Translations under genes and position numbers: made by a program
Shown: in pieces, positions 48,995 to 58,455 of the stretch
Layout of the letters: each line of letters opens with the position of its first letter
Numbering within the stretch: position 1 is the first letter of the stretch
DNA from: an uncultured SAR86 cluster bacterium
GTDB lineage: Bacteria; Pseudomonadota; Gammaproteobacteria; Magnimaribacterales; D2472
Assembly (NCBI GenBank): GCA_902560315.1
Contig: CACELG010000005.1
Coordinates: 2,652 to 66,651 of the forward strand
Length of the DNA: 64,000 bases
Reading direction: 5' to 3'
Notes under the pieces: model-generated
What the model saw: the letters and a program-made list of their open reading frames with translations, nothing else
Database searches by the model: none
What the model was told of the DNA's origin: nothing

Positions 48995-51415
48995 CTAATA
49001 ATTTAATATCGAATTATTCATGAATCTAGAAATTTTTTCAAAGGATGAATTTAATCCTTTTAATTCAAACTCAAAATTAATCCGGCTTTTGTTCTCAATT
49101 CTTATTATATTATCCCATGCTTCATTAAGATATGTGTAGGATTCAGGCTTGTAACCATCCAAGTATTTTGAAAAATTCCTATCCGAAGCAGTAATTCTAA
49201 ATACAAAACAACAGTTTTCATATCCAATACCAAGTGATGATTCTATATTTGAATTTGAAACGTCGTCTCTTTTAAGCCTAGCAATAATACTAAGATTATC
49301 TTTTAATCTTAAATCTGCAAAGAATTCAGAGTAATCAAGCTTGTTGTTAAAATCACCTGTCATTTTTGTATATCTTTTTGCATACCCAATTTTCCCATTT
49401 TCAAATTTTTGATTAATTGTGATACCTGCCATAGGAAACTTTTTCATCTCCTCAGAGTAACTTCCCATAGTCATTACCATTGTTTTCATATTAGGCATCC
49501 ATTTACCCATTATTACTATAGGCCCTTTGTCGTTATTCATCATTGACATCATATTCATATCCATAGAGTTAGACATCATCCCCATATCCATCACCATAGA
49601 GCTAGACATCATTTCGTTTTCCATGGATGCCATACCCACTCCATCAATAAAAACCTTTCTGTCATTAATATAAAATTTTTGTGAAGCTTTTAGAGATAAC
49701 TTATTCATGCCCATGTGACGATTAATATACTCAATACTTAAGGTATAAAAATTTTGATCACCTATTCTGTCCATACCAGTAAATCGTTCTGTATTAAAAA
49801 GTTGATTCATCATGCCTAACTTATAAGAATCAAAAATAGGATTCATATTTTGATCTTCATGTCCTACATAACCATAAAATAATCTAGGTTTTATAATATT
49901 TTGATTCATTCCATCTTTTTTTATGAAGAGGGTGCTTAGTTCTGCTTTGAAAGTAGGAACGAGTATTGAATTGGTCTTTGAATTAGTATTTTTAAGATCA
50001 TAGTTAATACCTTTCATCCCAATGGAAGTTTTCAGCTTATACCCATTTAAATTCGAAGAATTGGATATTTCTAAATCATAGAATAATCTCGTTCCTTCAA
50101 TAGGGTCGTTAATAAAAGTTTGAAATTTGTTGTTGCTTAAATGATTTCCAAAAAAACCATGAATACTATTTGCTTTAAAGTCAGTATAGTTTAGATATTC
50201 ACGTATAGAGATTCTTTTGAATTGTTTGAAATATTCTATGTCTATTGAGGGAGCTTTTTTATAACCATTTGTTAAAAGAGGGTTAAGTGATTGATAAGCT
50301 TCTTGAGATACCTTAATTTTAATATTTTTAAATACACTATTAAAATGTATATTCTGTCTTAGATTCTGCTCTCTCTGACTTCCTATTGAAGTTATATCAC
50401 CTGGAATATCTCTTAAAACTTGGCTATCCGAAGTTTTTGACCAATCAATATCTATCCAAAAATTTTCTTTTTTGCCATATGTATCTTTTATACCAAATGC
50501 CCACCTTGAGCTGGATTCATTGGGGTAATTATTTTGATACTCTTTATCTTTATCAAAATAAAAGAAATCTAAATTTCTTAAATTATTTGATTCACCATGA
50601 ATATTTCTAAAGTTTCCTTCCACTCCTGCTCCTCTATCAGATATATTTCGAAGAGCAATTGTCATATCAGACTTATTTGATGTAACTTGATAGTAAGGAA
50701 TCATAAAATCTAATCCATCAGATGAAAAAGATAACTGAGGCTCTAAAAAACCTGACATTCTGTCTTGTGAAGTTGCAAATGGAATATAAGGAAGTCTAAG
50801 TACTGTTCTATCAAAAGCTTTAATTTTTACTTTTTTTGCATAACCTCTCATGGTTTGGTCATTCAAAACAATGCTTTCAGCTATAAGTTCCCATCCATTT
50901 GATTTATCTGAACAGGAGGTCATTGAGACTTGATTGAAAATAATGTTTTCATCAATATTTCCTTTTAGAGAATCAAAATTGATTATTAAACCTCTGTTAT
51001 TAAGAAAAGTTTCACCATCTTCAAGTGCAATTGAAAGTTTATCTTTGTTAAAAGATCCAGAACTTGCCCTAAAAAAGTAGTCCTTCAAGAATAGATCACC
51101 ATTTTTTCTAAAATCTACCAAACCATTATCTTGGTCAACTCTTGCTTTTTCTGAAATAAGGATTCCATCCGGAAAGTCAATTTCAACATTGCCATTCAAT
51201 ATGAGCGCATTTTGTTCTGTTATTTCAAATTTATCTGACTTGATATCTAAGCTTTCCATGTCTTGCACTTTTCCAAGATAGGGCTTATAAGCTAGGCAGG
51301 TTGGGTTATTACTCGAATTTTTTTCAAGAATACCATCTTCTAGTAAATCTCCATTTATATAGCCTTGATGAAGAATGAAAGTCATTAAAAGAACTATTTT
51401 CTTGGCTCTTATCAT
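48995..51415 (-). CDS. lptD: LPS-assembly outer membrane protein LptD, carrying a Met-rich insertion
   Basis: 806 aa. It has N-terminal Cys40/Cys168 and C-terminal Cys735-Cys736 (ENCCFVF), plus an FNTERFTGMDRIGDQN motif. It lies upstream of surA-pdxA-rsmA. Confidence 0.9.
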   Translation of the reverse strand: MIRAKKIVLLMTFILHQGYINGDLLEDGILEKNSSNNPTCLAYKPYLGKVQDMESLDIKSDKFEITEQNALILNGNVEIDFPDGILISEKARVDQDNGLVDFRKNGDLFLKDYFFRASSGSFNKDKLSIALEDGETFLNNRGLIINFDSLKGNIDENIIFNQVSMTSCSDKSNGWELIAESIVLNDQTMRGYAKKVKIKAFDRTVLRLPYIPFATSQDRMSGFLEPQLSFSSDGLDFMIPYYQVTSNKSDMTIALRNISDRGAGVEGNFRNIHGESNNLRNLDFFYFDKDKEYQNNYPNESSSRWAFGIKDTYGKKENFWIDIDWSKTSDSQVLRDIPGDITSIGSQREQNLRQNIHFNSVFKNIKIKVSQEAYQSLNPLLTNGYKKAPSIDIEYFKQFKRISIREYLNYTDFKANSIHGFFGNHLSNNKFQTFINDPIEGTRLFYDLEISNSSNLNGYKLKTSIGMKGINYDLKNTNSKTNSILVPTFKAELSTLFIKKDGMNQNIIKPRLFYGYVGHEDQNMNPIFDSYKLGMMNQLFNTERFTGMDRIGDQNFYTLSIEYINRHMGMNKLSLKASQKFYINDRKVFIDGVGMASMENEMMSSSMVMDMGMMSNSMDMNMMSMMNNDKGPIVIMGKWMPNMKTMVMTMGSYSEEMKKFPMAGITINQKFENGKIGYAKRYTKMTGDFNNKLDYSEFFADLRLKDNLSIIARLKRDDVSNSNIESSLGIGYENCCFVFRITASDRNFSKYLDGYKPESYTYLNEAWDNIIRIENKSRINFEFELKGLNSSFEKISRFMNNSILNY
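49561..49612 (-). repeat. 33-nt-period direct repeat inside lptD
   Basis: CCATAGAGTTAGACATCAT (49561-49579) and CCATAGAGCTAGACATCAT (49594-49612) differ at 1 of 19 positions and are offset by exactly 11 codons. They encode MMSSSMVMDMG and MMSNSMDMNMM. Confidence 0.85.
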
Positions 51416-51467
51416 ATTAATATTTTATACCTCAATGGTTTGAAAGAGTATTTTATTAAAAGTTCTA

Positions 51468-52070
51468 TTATTTGTTTGAATTTATGTATTCTTCTAACTG
51501 ATGTAAATGATCTTTTCCAAAGAATATTTGATCATCATAGAAGAATGTTGGAACACCAAAAGAGCCTCTTTTAACAGCATCGTCAGTATTTGATATTAAC
51601 TTATCTTTACAAGCTTGTGATAAAACAATTTCTATTATTGATTCAACATCAAGATCAGCTTCAGCTAGGACCTCTTTTAATACTTCTATATCCGAGATAT
51701 TTTTATCTCTTTCCCACATAGCACTAATAACACATTCAAAGTATTCTTTAAAGATTTTTAGTTCTTGTGCCGCTATCGCTCCTCTTTGAACCTGAATAGT
51801 AACTGGAGGAAAATGTGAATTAAATTTGTAATTAGTTAAGTTATGCTGCTTAACAAATCTATCAATTTCTATCATTTGATAGTTACTTTTATTTTTGCAG
51901 TCTGCAAATGCTATAAAAGGAGGCTGATTATTAGATAGTTTATGAATGCCACCTAATAAACAAGGAATATAATTAAATTTTACACCTGTTCTTTCTTCAA
52001 AATCAGGAATTAATTTATGAGCAAGATATGTATTTGGACTTGCAACATCAAAAATAAAGTCTACTTTCAT
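51468..52070 (-). CDS. DsbA-fold 2-hydroxychromene-2-carboxylate isomerase family protein
   Basis: Track ORF trimmed to Met11. Contains DVASPNTY and FGVPTFF motifs. Confidence 0.75.
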   Translation of the reverse strand: MKVDFIFDVASPNTYLAHKLIPDFEERTGVKFNYIPCLLGGIHKLSNNQPPFIAFADCKNKSNYQMIEIDRFVKQHNLTNYKFNSHFPPVTIQVQRGAIAAQELKIFKEYFECVISAMWERDKNISDIEVLKEVLAEADLDVESIIEIVLSQACKDKLISNTDDAVKRGSFGVPTFFYDDQIFFGKDHLHQLEEYINSNK

Positions 52071-52112
52071 TTCTATCAACAATTTTGTAAAGTAAAACAA
52101 TTAAACACTGAT

Positions 52113-52853
52113 ATGAAAGATTTTTCAAAATATTCCGCAATTATTATTGGAGCAGGAGATGCCACAGGTGGAGCTATAACTAAAAAATTTGCAAGCCATG
52201 GTTATAAGGTTTGTCCGGTTAGAAGACCAAGAAGTTTAGATAAAGTAAATAAGTTAGCAGATGAAATTAATAATTCTGGAGGATGGGCTAAAGGCTTTGG
52301 TGTAGATGCAAGAGAAGAAGATTCAATAAAAGCTCTTTTTAATGAAGTTGAAGAAAAAATTGCTCCTATTGATGTTGTTGTTTTCAACCCTGGTGCAAAT
52401 GTTTTTTTCCCGATTGAAGATACGACTTCAAGAGTGTTTAAGAAGGTATGGGAAATGGCAGCTTTTGCAGGCTTCTTAACAGGAAGAGAAGCCGCCAAAT
52501 ACATGAAAAAAAGAAATGAAGGTTCAATATTCTTTACTGGAGCTACTGCTTCTATGCGGGGCAGTTCAGGGTTTTCAGCTTTTTCGAGTGCAAAATTTGC
52601 ATTAAGAGCAGTTGCCCAAAGCATGGCGCGAGAATTAGGACCGAAAGGAATACATGTCGCACATTTTATTATTGACGGAGCAATAGACACAGCATTTATT
52701 AAAGAAACATTTCCTGATGTATATGCTCTAAAGGAAAAAGACGGTATTCTACAACCGGAAGCAATTGCAGATGCATATTGGTTTGTCCATTCTCAACATA
52801 GAAGCGCTTGGACACATGAATTGGACTTACGTCCGTATATGGAAAAATTTTAA
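52113..52853 (+). CDS. Short-chain dehydrogenase/reductase
   Basis: Track ORF trimmed to Met33 (MKDFSKYSAIIIGAGDATGGAI). Contains an S...Y..SK-type catalytic pattern (FSSAK). Confidence 0.75.
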   Translation: MKDFSKYSAIIIGAGDATGGAITKKFASHGYKVCPVRRPRSLDKVNKLADEINNSGGWAKGFGVDAREEDSIKALFNEVEEKIAPIDVVVFNPGANVFFPIEDTTSRVFKKVWEMAAFAGFLTGREAAKYMKKRNEGSIFFTGATASMRGSSGFSAFSSAKFALRAVAQSMARELGPKGIHVAHFIIDGAIDTAFIKETFPDVYALKEKDGILQPEAIADAYWFVHSQHRSAWTHELDLRPYMEKF

Positions 52854-52872
52854 TAATAAAGAGGAAAAAATA

Positions 52873-53730
52873 ATGAGTTTAAAAGATAAAGTAATTTTTA
52901 TTTCAGGCGGAAGCAGAGGTATTGGTCTTGCTATGGTAAAAAAGGCAGCCTCAGATGGGGCAAAAGTTGTTATTGCTGCAAAGACAGCTGATCCACATCC
53001 AAAATTACCAGGAACAATCTACACTGCAGCTGAAGAAATTGTAGAAGCAGGCGGTGAAGCGCTTCCTGTAATATGTGATATCAGAAATGAGGACAACGTT
53101 AGAGATGCCGTGAATCAATCTGTTGATCATTTTGGAGGTATTGATATTTGTATTAATAATGCCTCTGCAATTCAATTGACTAATGTTACGGATACTGAAA
53201 TGAAAAGATATGATCTTATGCATCAAATAAATGGAAGAGGGACATACATGGTGAGTAAATACTGTTTACCTCATTTAAAAAAATCTAATAATCCACATAT
53301 TTTAAATTTAGCACCGCCTTTGGATATGCATCCTAAATGGTTTTCAGGAACTGTCGCATACACAATGGCAAAATATACAATGAGTATGTGTGTTTTAGGT
53401 ATGGCAGAAGAATTTAAGGAATTTGGCATAGCGGTTAATGCATTATGGCCCAGAACTGCTATTGCTACTGCTGCCGTTCAAAATCATCTTGGCGGAGATG
53501 AGATTATGAAACTTTCTAGGAATGTGGACATCATGGCTGACTCGGCATATGAGATATTAACTAAAGATTCAAAAGAATATACTGGTAACTTTTGTATAGA
53601 TGATCTAGTTCTTTATGAAGCTGGAGTAAAAGATTTTACTAAATATGCATCAGCTCCTTTTGGAGAATTAATGCCAGATTTTTTTGTTCCAGACGATACA
53701 CCCTTGCCAGAGGAAATTAAAAATAGTTAG
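52873..53730 (+). CDS. Short-chain dehydrogenase/reductase (HSDL2-like)
   Basis: Track ORF trimmed to Met37, which has an AGAGGA RBS. Contains ISGGSRGIG, NNAS and Y..AK motifs. Confidence 0.78.
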   Translation: MSLKDKVIFISGGSRGIGLAMVKKAASDGAKVVIAAKTADPHPKLPGTIYTAAEEIVEAGGEALPVICDIRNEDNVRDAVNQSVDHFGGIDICINNASAIQLTNVTDTEMKRYDLMHQINGRGTYMVSKYCLPHLKKSNNPHILNLAPPLDMHPKWFSGTVAYTMAKYTMSMCVLGMAEEFKEFGIAVNALWPRTAIATAAVQNHLGGDEIMKLSRNVDIMADSAYEILTKDSKEYTGNFCIDDLVLYEAGVKDFTKYASAPFGELMPDFFVPDDTPLPEEIKNS

Positions 53731-54687
53731 TTGAAAGAAGAAGAAGCCATAAGTTTAAGCAAGCAATGTAACTTTAATGTTTTGAGAGCATTACCTTTAA
53801 AACTTGAGGCTAGCGGAAGAGAGTATTGGAGGATTATAAATAATCAAGATGAATCCTTTATTCTTTGTTATTTAGACCCAAAAAAAGGAAACCATTCAAA
53901 ATTTATTTCCATCTCAAATAATCTAAAGGATAGTAATATTTCTTGCGCAAATGTTATCTATCACAATGAAGATCTCGGAGTCACCATACAAGATGATCTG
54001 GGAGATAGAGACCTTCTTTCAATATTAAATGATGATAATAAAGATGATTTATTAAAAAATTCACTAGAAATACTATTACAAATTCAAAACTCAAAGCTTT
54101 TAAAAGTTGAGAGCTTTTCAAAAGAAGAACTAATTGAGCAAATGAATCTATTTAAAGATATTTTTTGCAAAAAGTTTTTGAATACTGATGCTGATGCTTC
54201 GATTGATATGCTCATCTCAGAAACAATTGATACTCTTATTGATCATCCTTGGGTAAATTGTCATTTTGATTTTGAAAGACGTAACCTAGTGCTTAACAAA
54301 GATAATGATTTAACAGTTATTGATTATCAAGATATGAAAGTAGGGCCAATAGGAATAGATTTAGCAGCAATATTAGTAGATCACTATTATGAAGCCAATA
54401 TTTCACATACTAAGACTTTATTAAATTACTATTCAAATTTAATGAAATTGGAATATTCAGAAGAAGAGCTTTATGAATTTCTTAGATGGGGATGTATCCA
54501 AAGAAATTTAAGAATACTTGGAACTTTAGCAAATTTATATATTGAAAATAATAGAAGTTTTAGATTAAAAGATTTACCAATGATATTAAATAATCTTATT
54601 GAAATGGTTCCAGATGAACATTCATCAAAGGAATTTATGAAAAAACATATTAAATCGATTTTAGACAAGAAAATTTCAGAATTATGA
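53731..54687 (+). CDS. amgK: Phosphotransferase-fold kinase, AmgK-like (anomeric MurNAc/GlcNAc kinase)
   Basis: 318 aa with a TTG start. It has a kinase catalytic loop (HFDFERRNLV) and IDYQD. It is coupled (ATGA) to a MurU-like nucleotidyltransferase. Confidence 0.65.
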   Translation: MKEEEAISLSKQCNFNVLRALPLKLEASGREYWRIINNQDESFILCYLDPKKGNHSKFISISNNLKDSNISCANVIYHNEDLGVTIQDDLGDRDLLSILNDDNKDDLLKNSLEILLQIQNSKLLKVESFSKEELIEQMNLFKDIFCKKFLNTDADASIDMLISETIDTLIDHPWVNCHFDFERRNLVLNKDNDLTVIDYQDMKVGPIGIDLAAILVDHYYEANISHTKTLLNYYSNLMKLEYSEEELYEFLRWGCIQRNLRILGTLANLYIENNRSFRLKDLPMILNNLIEMVPDEHSSKEFMKKHIKSILDKKISEL

Positions 54688-55355
54688 AAGCGATGATATT
54701 AGCAGCGGGTTATGGTAAAAGGTTAATGCCTTTAACCAAAGACACTCCGAAGCCATTGCTTAAGGTTGGAAATCAATCATTAATAAAGCGCAATATTAAT
54801 TATTTAATTAAAAATGGGTTTTCAGAAATCGTAATAAATGTTTCTCATCTTGGCGAACTTGTTCAACAACATGTAGAAGACAATTTTCCAGATAAAAATA
54901 TTTCTTTTTCTTATGAGGAAAAACCCCTAGGAACAGGAGGAGGTATTTTGAATGCTTTAAAGCTTCTTGGAAGCAAACCATTTTTAGTAATTAATGCAGA
55001 TATATATCATGATATTAATATTAAAAATTTACCAAAAGATATCAATGCAGCTCATCTCATAGGTGTTAAAAACCCAAGCCATAATCATCTTGGAGATTTT
55101 TCATTAAAAGAAAGAACTGTTGTTATAAATGAAAGCAATAATAATTTAACCTGGTGTGGTATATCAGTCATTAATCCTATAATCTTTGAAAAAAATACTT
55201 TTGAAAATGATAGTTTTAGTATTTGGAAGAGTGTCTTACCCCAATATATTAAAAAAGCGATGGTGACAGGACAAATGTCTTCTGAACCATGGGTTGATGT
55301 TGGAACTCTAGAACGTTTAAAACTTGCTAATACAGTCAATAATGAAGAGAATTAG
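54684..55355 (+). CDS. murU: Sugar-1-phosphate nucleotidyltransferase, MurU-like
   Basis: 223 aa with N-terminal AMILAAGYGKRLMPLTKDTPKPLL. Confidence 0.7.
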   Translation: MKAMILAAGYGKRLMPLTKDTPKPLLKVGNQSLIKRNINYLIKNGFSEIVINVSHLGELVQQHVEDNFPDKNISFSYEEKPLGTGGGILNALKLLGSKPFLVINADIYHDINIKNLPKDINAAHLIGVKNPSHNHLGDFSLKERTVVINESNNNLTWCGISVINPIIFEKNTFENDSFSIWKSVLPQYIKKAMVTGQMSSEPWVDVGTLERLKLANTVNNEEN

Positions 55356-55358
55356 CAA

Positions 55359-56027
55359 ATGAGTGATAAAAAATACATAATTGCGCCCTCTATTTTGGCA
55401 TCAGATTTTGCAAAATTAGGTGAAGAGGTTAGAGATGTTCTAGATGCTGGAGCAGATTGGATTCATTTCGATGTAATGGATAATCATTATGTTCCTAATC
55501 TAACCATTGGACCAATGGTCTGCAAAGCTCTAAGAAATTATGGCATAAAAGAATTTATTGATGTTCATTTAATGATTGATCCTGTAGATGAATTAGCACA
55601 AAGTTTTATTGAAGCAGGAGCTGATTTAATAAGTTTTCATCCTGAAGCCTCAAAACATATACATAGATCAATACATGCCATTAAAGATAAAGGTTGTAAA
55701 GCTGGGCTTGTTTATAACCCCGCAACGCCACTTCATACTCTTGAAAGTGTTTTAGAAGATCTAGACTTAGTTTTAATAATGAGCGTAAATCCAGGCTTTG
55801 GTGGACAATCTTTTATTCATGGCTCAATTGAGAAAATAGCTCAGGTTAGAAAAATGATTGATGCCTTAGGAAAAGATATTCGTCTAGAAGTTGATGGTGG
55901 TATAAATAAAGATACCATTGCTCTAGCATCAGAGGCTGGTGCTGATACTTTCGTTGCAGGCTCAGCAATATTCAATACAGAAAATTATGAGCAAACAATA
56001 TCTGAACTTCGTTCCAAAATCGTTTAA
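55359..56027 (+). CDS. rpe: Ribulose-phosphate 3-epimerase
   Basis: 222 aa. Contains [32 protein letters not shown] and VDGGIN motifs. Confidence 0.95.
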   Translation: MSDKKYIIAPSILASDFAKLGEEVRDVLDAGADWIHFDVMDNHYVPNLTIGPMVCKALRNYGIKEFIDVHLMIDPVDELAQSFIEAGADLISFHPEASKHIHRSIHAIKDKGCKAGLVYNPATPLHTLESVLEDLDLVLIMSVNPGFGGQSFIHGSIEKIAQVRKMIDALGKDIRLEVDGGINKDTIALASEAGADTFVAGSAIFNTENYEQTISELRSKIV

Positions 56028-56436
56028 GTACTTTATATTCTTATTCTTCATAGATCATTTAGATGCTTCGAAAGATATAGATATTCTAGAATATCTAAGC
56101 GAATTAGATGTTGTGTCCAAATTTGAAGATAGGAAAAGAGGACTCATGTTAAAAGAGTCAATTCCTGAAAATTACGGTATGTTTTTTGTTTGGCCCTATG
56201 AAAAAAAACAATGCATGTGGATGAAGGATACATACGTATCCTTAAGTGTTGCTTATATTGATAGAAAGGGAAAAATTTTAGAAATATATGATATGGTTCC
56301 ACTTTCAAAAAATTCGGTTTGCTCAAAAAAAGCTTCAAAGTATGCACTTGAGGTAAATTCTGGATGGTTTGCTAAAAATAATATTAATGTTGGTGATGAA
56401 ATAAAGGTTAAAAAAGTACTTTCATATGATAAGTAA
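55987..56436 (+). CDS. DUF192-family secreted protein
   Basis: Track ORF trimmed to ATG 55987. It has a signal-like N-terminus and RKRGLM..., GMFFVW, CMWMKDT and ALEVNSGW motifs. The start is uncertain. Confidence 0.6.
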   Translation: MSKQYLNFVPKSFKYFIFLFFIDHLDASKDIDILEYLSELDVVSKFEDRKRGLMLKESIPENYGMFFVWPYEKKQCMWMKDTYVSLSVAYIDRKGKILEIYDMVPLSKNSVCSKKASKYALEVNSGWFAKNNINVGDEIKVKKVLSYDK

Positions 56437-57892
56437 AGAAGAATACATAAAATACGCTGAAAATGGTTTTAATATTATTCCTTTGGTTAAAACTATTGAT
56501 CAGGATTTAGATTCTCCCATAAAAGTTTTTTCAAAAATTAAAAATAAACTTAACACGTTCCTGCTTGAATCAATTGAAGGAGGAGAAAAGTGGGCACAAT
56601 ATTCAATAATTGGCCTGGACTGCAGAGAAACGATAAAAGTATCTGAAAAAAAAATTGAAATTCAAACAGATACTGGATTAAACAAGATTGAATCAAATGA
56701 GCCTCTTGATGAATTAAATAAACTGATAGGCAAGCATAAATCACCCAATTTAGATAATATGCCAAGATTTTATGGTGGATACGTAGGCTTCTTTGCATAT
56801 GAAAGTGCAAAGTATGCTGAACAAAAAATTAATGTATTAGAAAAAAAGGATTCAAAATTTGATGAGGATATGCCAGATATTTATTTAGTTAAATCTGAAA
56901 AACTAATTGTTTACGATAATTTTAATAAAACCATGCAGGCTATCTATAACGCAGATCCATTGAAAATGTCTTACGAGGAAGCTCTAACAAAAATTGATGA
57001 AATTCAAAGCAGCATCGACCAGTCAACTGAATATCAAGAAATTTCGTATTCAGATATCTCAGGACAAATAGAATTCATGTCAAATTTTACAAAAGATGAA
57101 TATATTAGCTCTGTTAAAAGAATCAAAGAATATATAAAAGACGGAGATGCAATGCAGGTTGTATTAGCTCAAGATTTTTATAGTTCATTTGATGGTGATT
57201 CTTTTGAATTATATTGTGCATTAAGAAAAATCAACCCATCTCCTTATATGTACTATTTGAATCTTGACGAATGTGAAGTAGTAGGGTCCTCCCCTGAAAT
57301 ACTAGTTAGATTAGAAGAAGATGACATCACTCTGAGGCCAATTGCTGGGACAAGAAAAAGAGGTCAGACCAAAGAAGAAGACAAAAATAATGAACTTGAT
57401 TTATTAAGTGATCCAAAAGAATTGGCAGAACATCTTATGCTTATAGATCTAGGTAGAAATGATGTTGGAAGAATTTCTAAAATAGGAAGCGTAAAGTTAA
57501 CTGAGAAAATGGTGATAGAAAGATACTCTCATGTTATGCATATAGTCTCAAATGTAGAAGGCAAGCTTTCTAAAGGATTGACTTTTATTGATGCTCTTAA
57601 AGCTACTTTGCCAGCTGGAACTCTATCAGGTGCACCAAAAATTCGAGCCATGGAAATAATTAATGAACTTGAGCCAAGTTCTCGAGGTATTTATGGGGGT
57701 GCAATAGGATATATTTCATGGAATGGAAATATTGATACCGCAATAGCTATAAGAACTGCTGTCATAAAGGATAAAAAAATTCATGTTGGTGCAGGGGCAG
57801 GAATAGTTGCTGACTCAGATCCAGAAAAGGAATGGCAAGAATGTGTTCAAAAATCAAGAGCATTCTTAGATGCCATAGAGATGATTTCATGA
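56426..57892 (+). CDS. trpE: Anthranilate synthase component I
   Basis: 488 aa. Contains LLESIEGGEKW, SPEILVR, GTLSGAPK and IRTA motifs. Confidence 0.95.
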   Translation: MISKEEYIKYAENGFNIIPLVKTIDQDLDSPIKVFSKIKNKLNTFLLESIEGGEKWAQYSIIGLDCRETIKVSEKKIEIQTDTGLNKIESNEPLDELNKLIGKHKSPNLDNMPRFYGGYVGFFAYESAKYAEQKINVLEKKDSKFDEDMPDIYLVKSEKLIVYDNFNKTMQAIYNADPLKMSYEEALTKIDEIQSSIDQSTEYQEISYSDISGQIEFMSNFTKDEYISSVKRIKEYIKDGDAMQVVLAQDFYSSFDGDSFELYCALRKINPSPYMYYLNLDECEVVGSSPEILVRLEEDDITLRPIAGTRKRGQTKEEDKNNELDLLSDPKELAEHLMLIDLGRNDVGRISKIGSVKLTEKMVIERYSHVMHIVSNVEGKLSKGLTFIDALKATLPAGTLSGAPKIRAMEIINELEPSSRGIYGGAIGYISWNGNIDTAIAIRTAVIKDKKIHVGAGAGIVADSDPEKEWQECVQKSRAFLDAIEMIS

Positions 57893-58455
57893 TTATAGTT
57901 ATAGATAATTACGATAGTTTTACTTACAACCTAGTCCATTATATTGGTGAACTCGAAAAAGATATTAAAGTTATAAGAAATGACGAAATGTCTGTATCAG
58001 AAATCATAGATAATAATCCAAGCAAGATTGTTATATCTCCCGGTCCATGTACACCAAAAGAAGCAGGAATATCAATTGAACTAATTAAAGCTGCGGAAGT
58101 TCCAGTTCTAGGTGTTTGTTTAGGACACCAAGCGATTGGTGCGGCTTTTGGTGGAGACGTTATTAAGGCTCCAGAAATTTTTCATGGAAAAACCTCAAGC
58201 ATTAACCATGATGGAAGTATAATTTTTAGTGGAATTGAGCGAACATATGATGTAGTCAGATATCACAGCTTAATTATAGATATGAAGACTTTGCCTGACG
58301 AACTCAATGTAACGGCAACTTTAAGTGATAATAAAGAAATAATCATGGCTGTTGAGCATATCAGTAGACCAATTTATGGTGTTCAGTTTCATCCTGAGTC
58401 AATTGATACAAATAATGGCAAAAAGCTGATAGAAAATTTTATAAAGAAAATATGA
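57889..58455 (+). CDS. trpG: Anthranilate synthase component II (glutamine amidotransferase)
   Basis: Track ORF trimmed to MIIVIDNYDSFTYN, which forms an ATGA overlap with trpE. Contains GVCLGHQ and QFHPES motifs. Confidence 0.93.
   Translation: MIIVIDNYDSFTYNLVHYIGELEKDIKVIRNDEMSVSEIIDNNPSKIVISPGPCTPKEAGISIELIKAAEVPVLGVCLGHQAIGAAFGGDVIKAPEIFHGKTSSINHDGSIIFSGIERTYDVVRYHSLIIDMKTLPDELNVTATLSDNKEIIMAVEHISRPIYGVQFHPESIDTNNGKKLIENFIKKI

Noticed and set aside
56300-56430. trp leader peptide or attenuator upstream of trpE.
   Set aside because: The trpE start codon lies inside the preceding DUF192 ORF, so no intergenic leader space exists.
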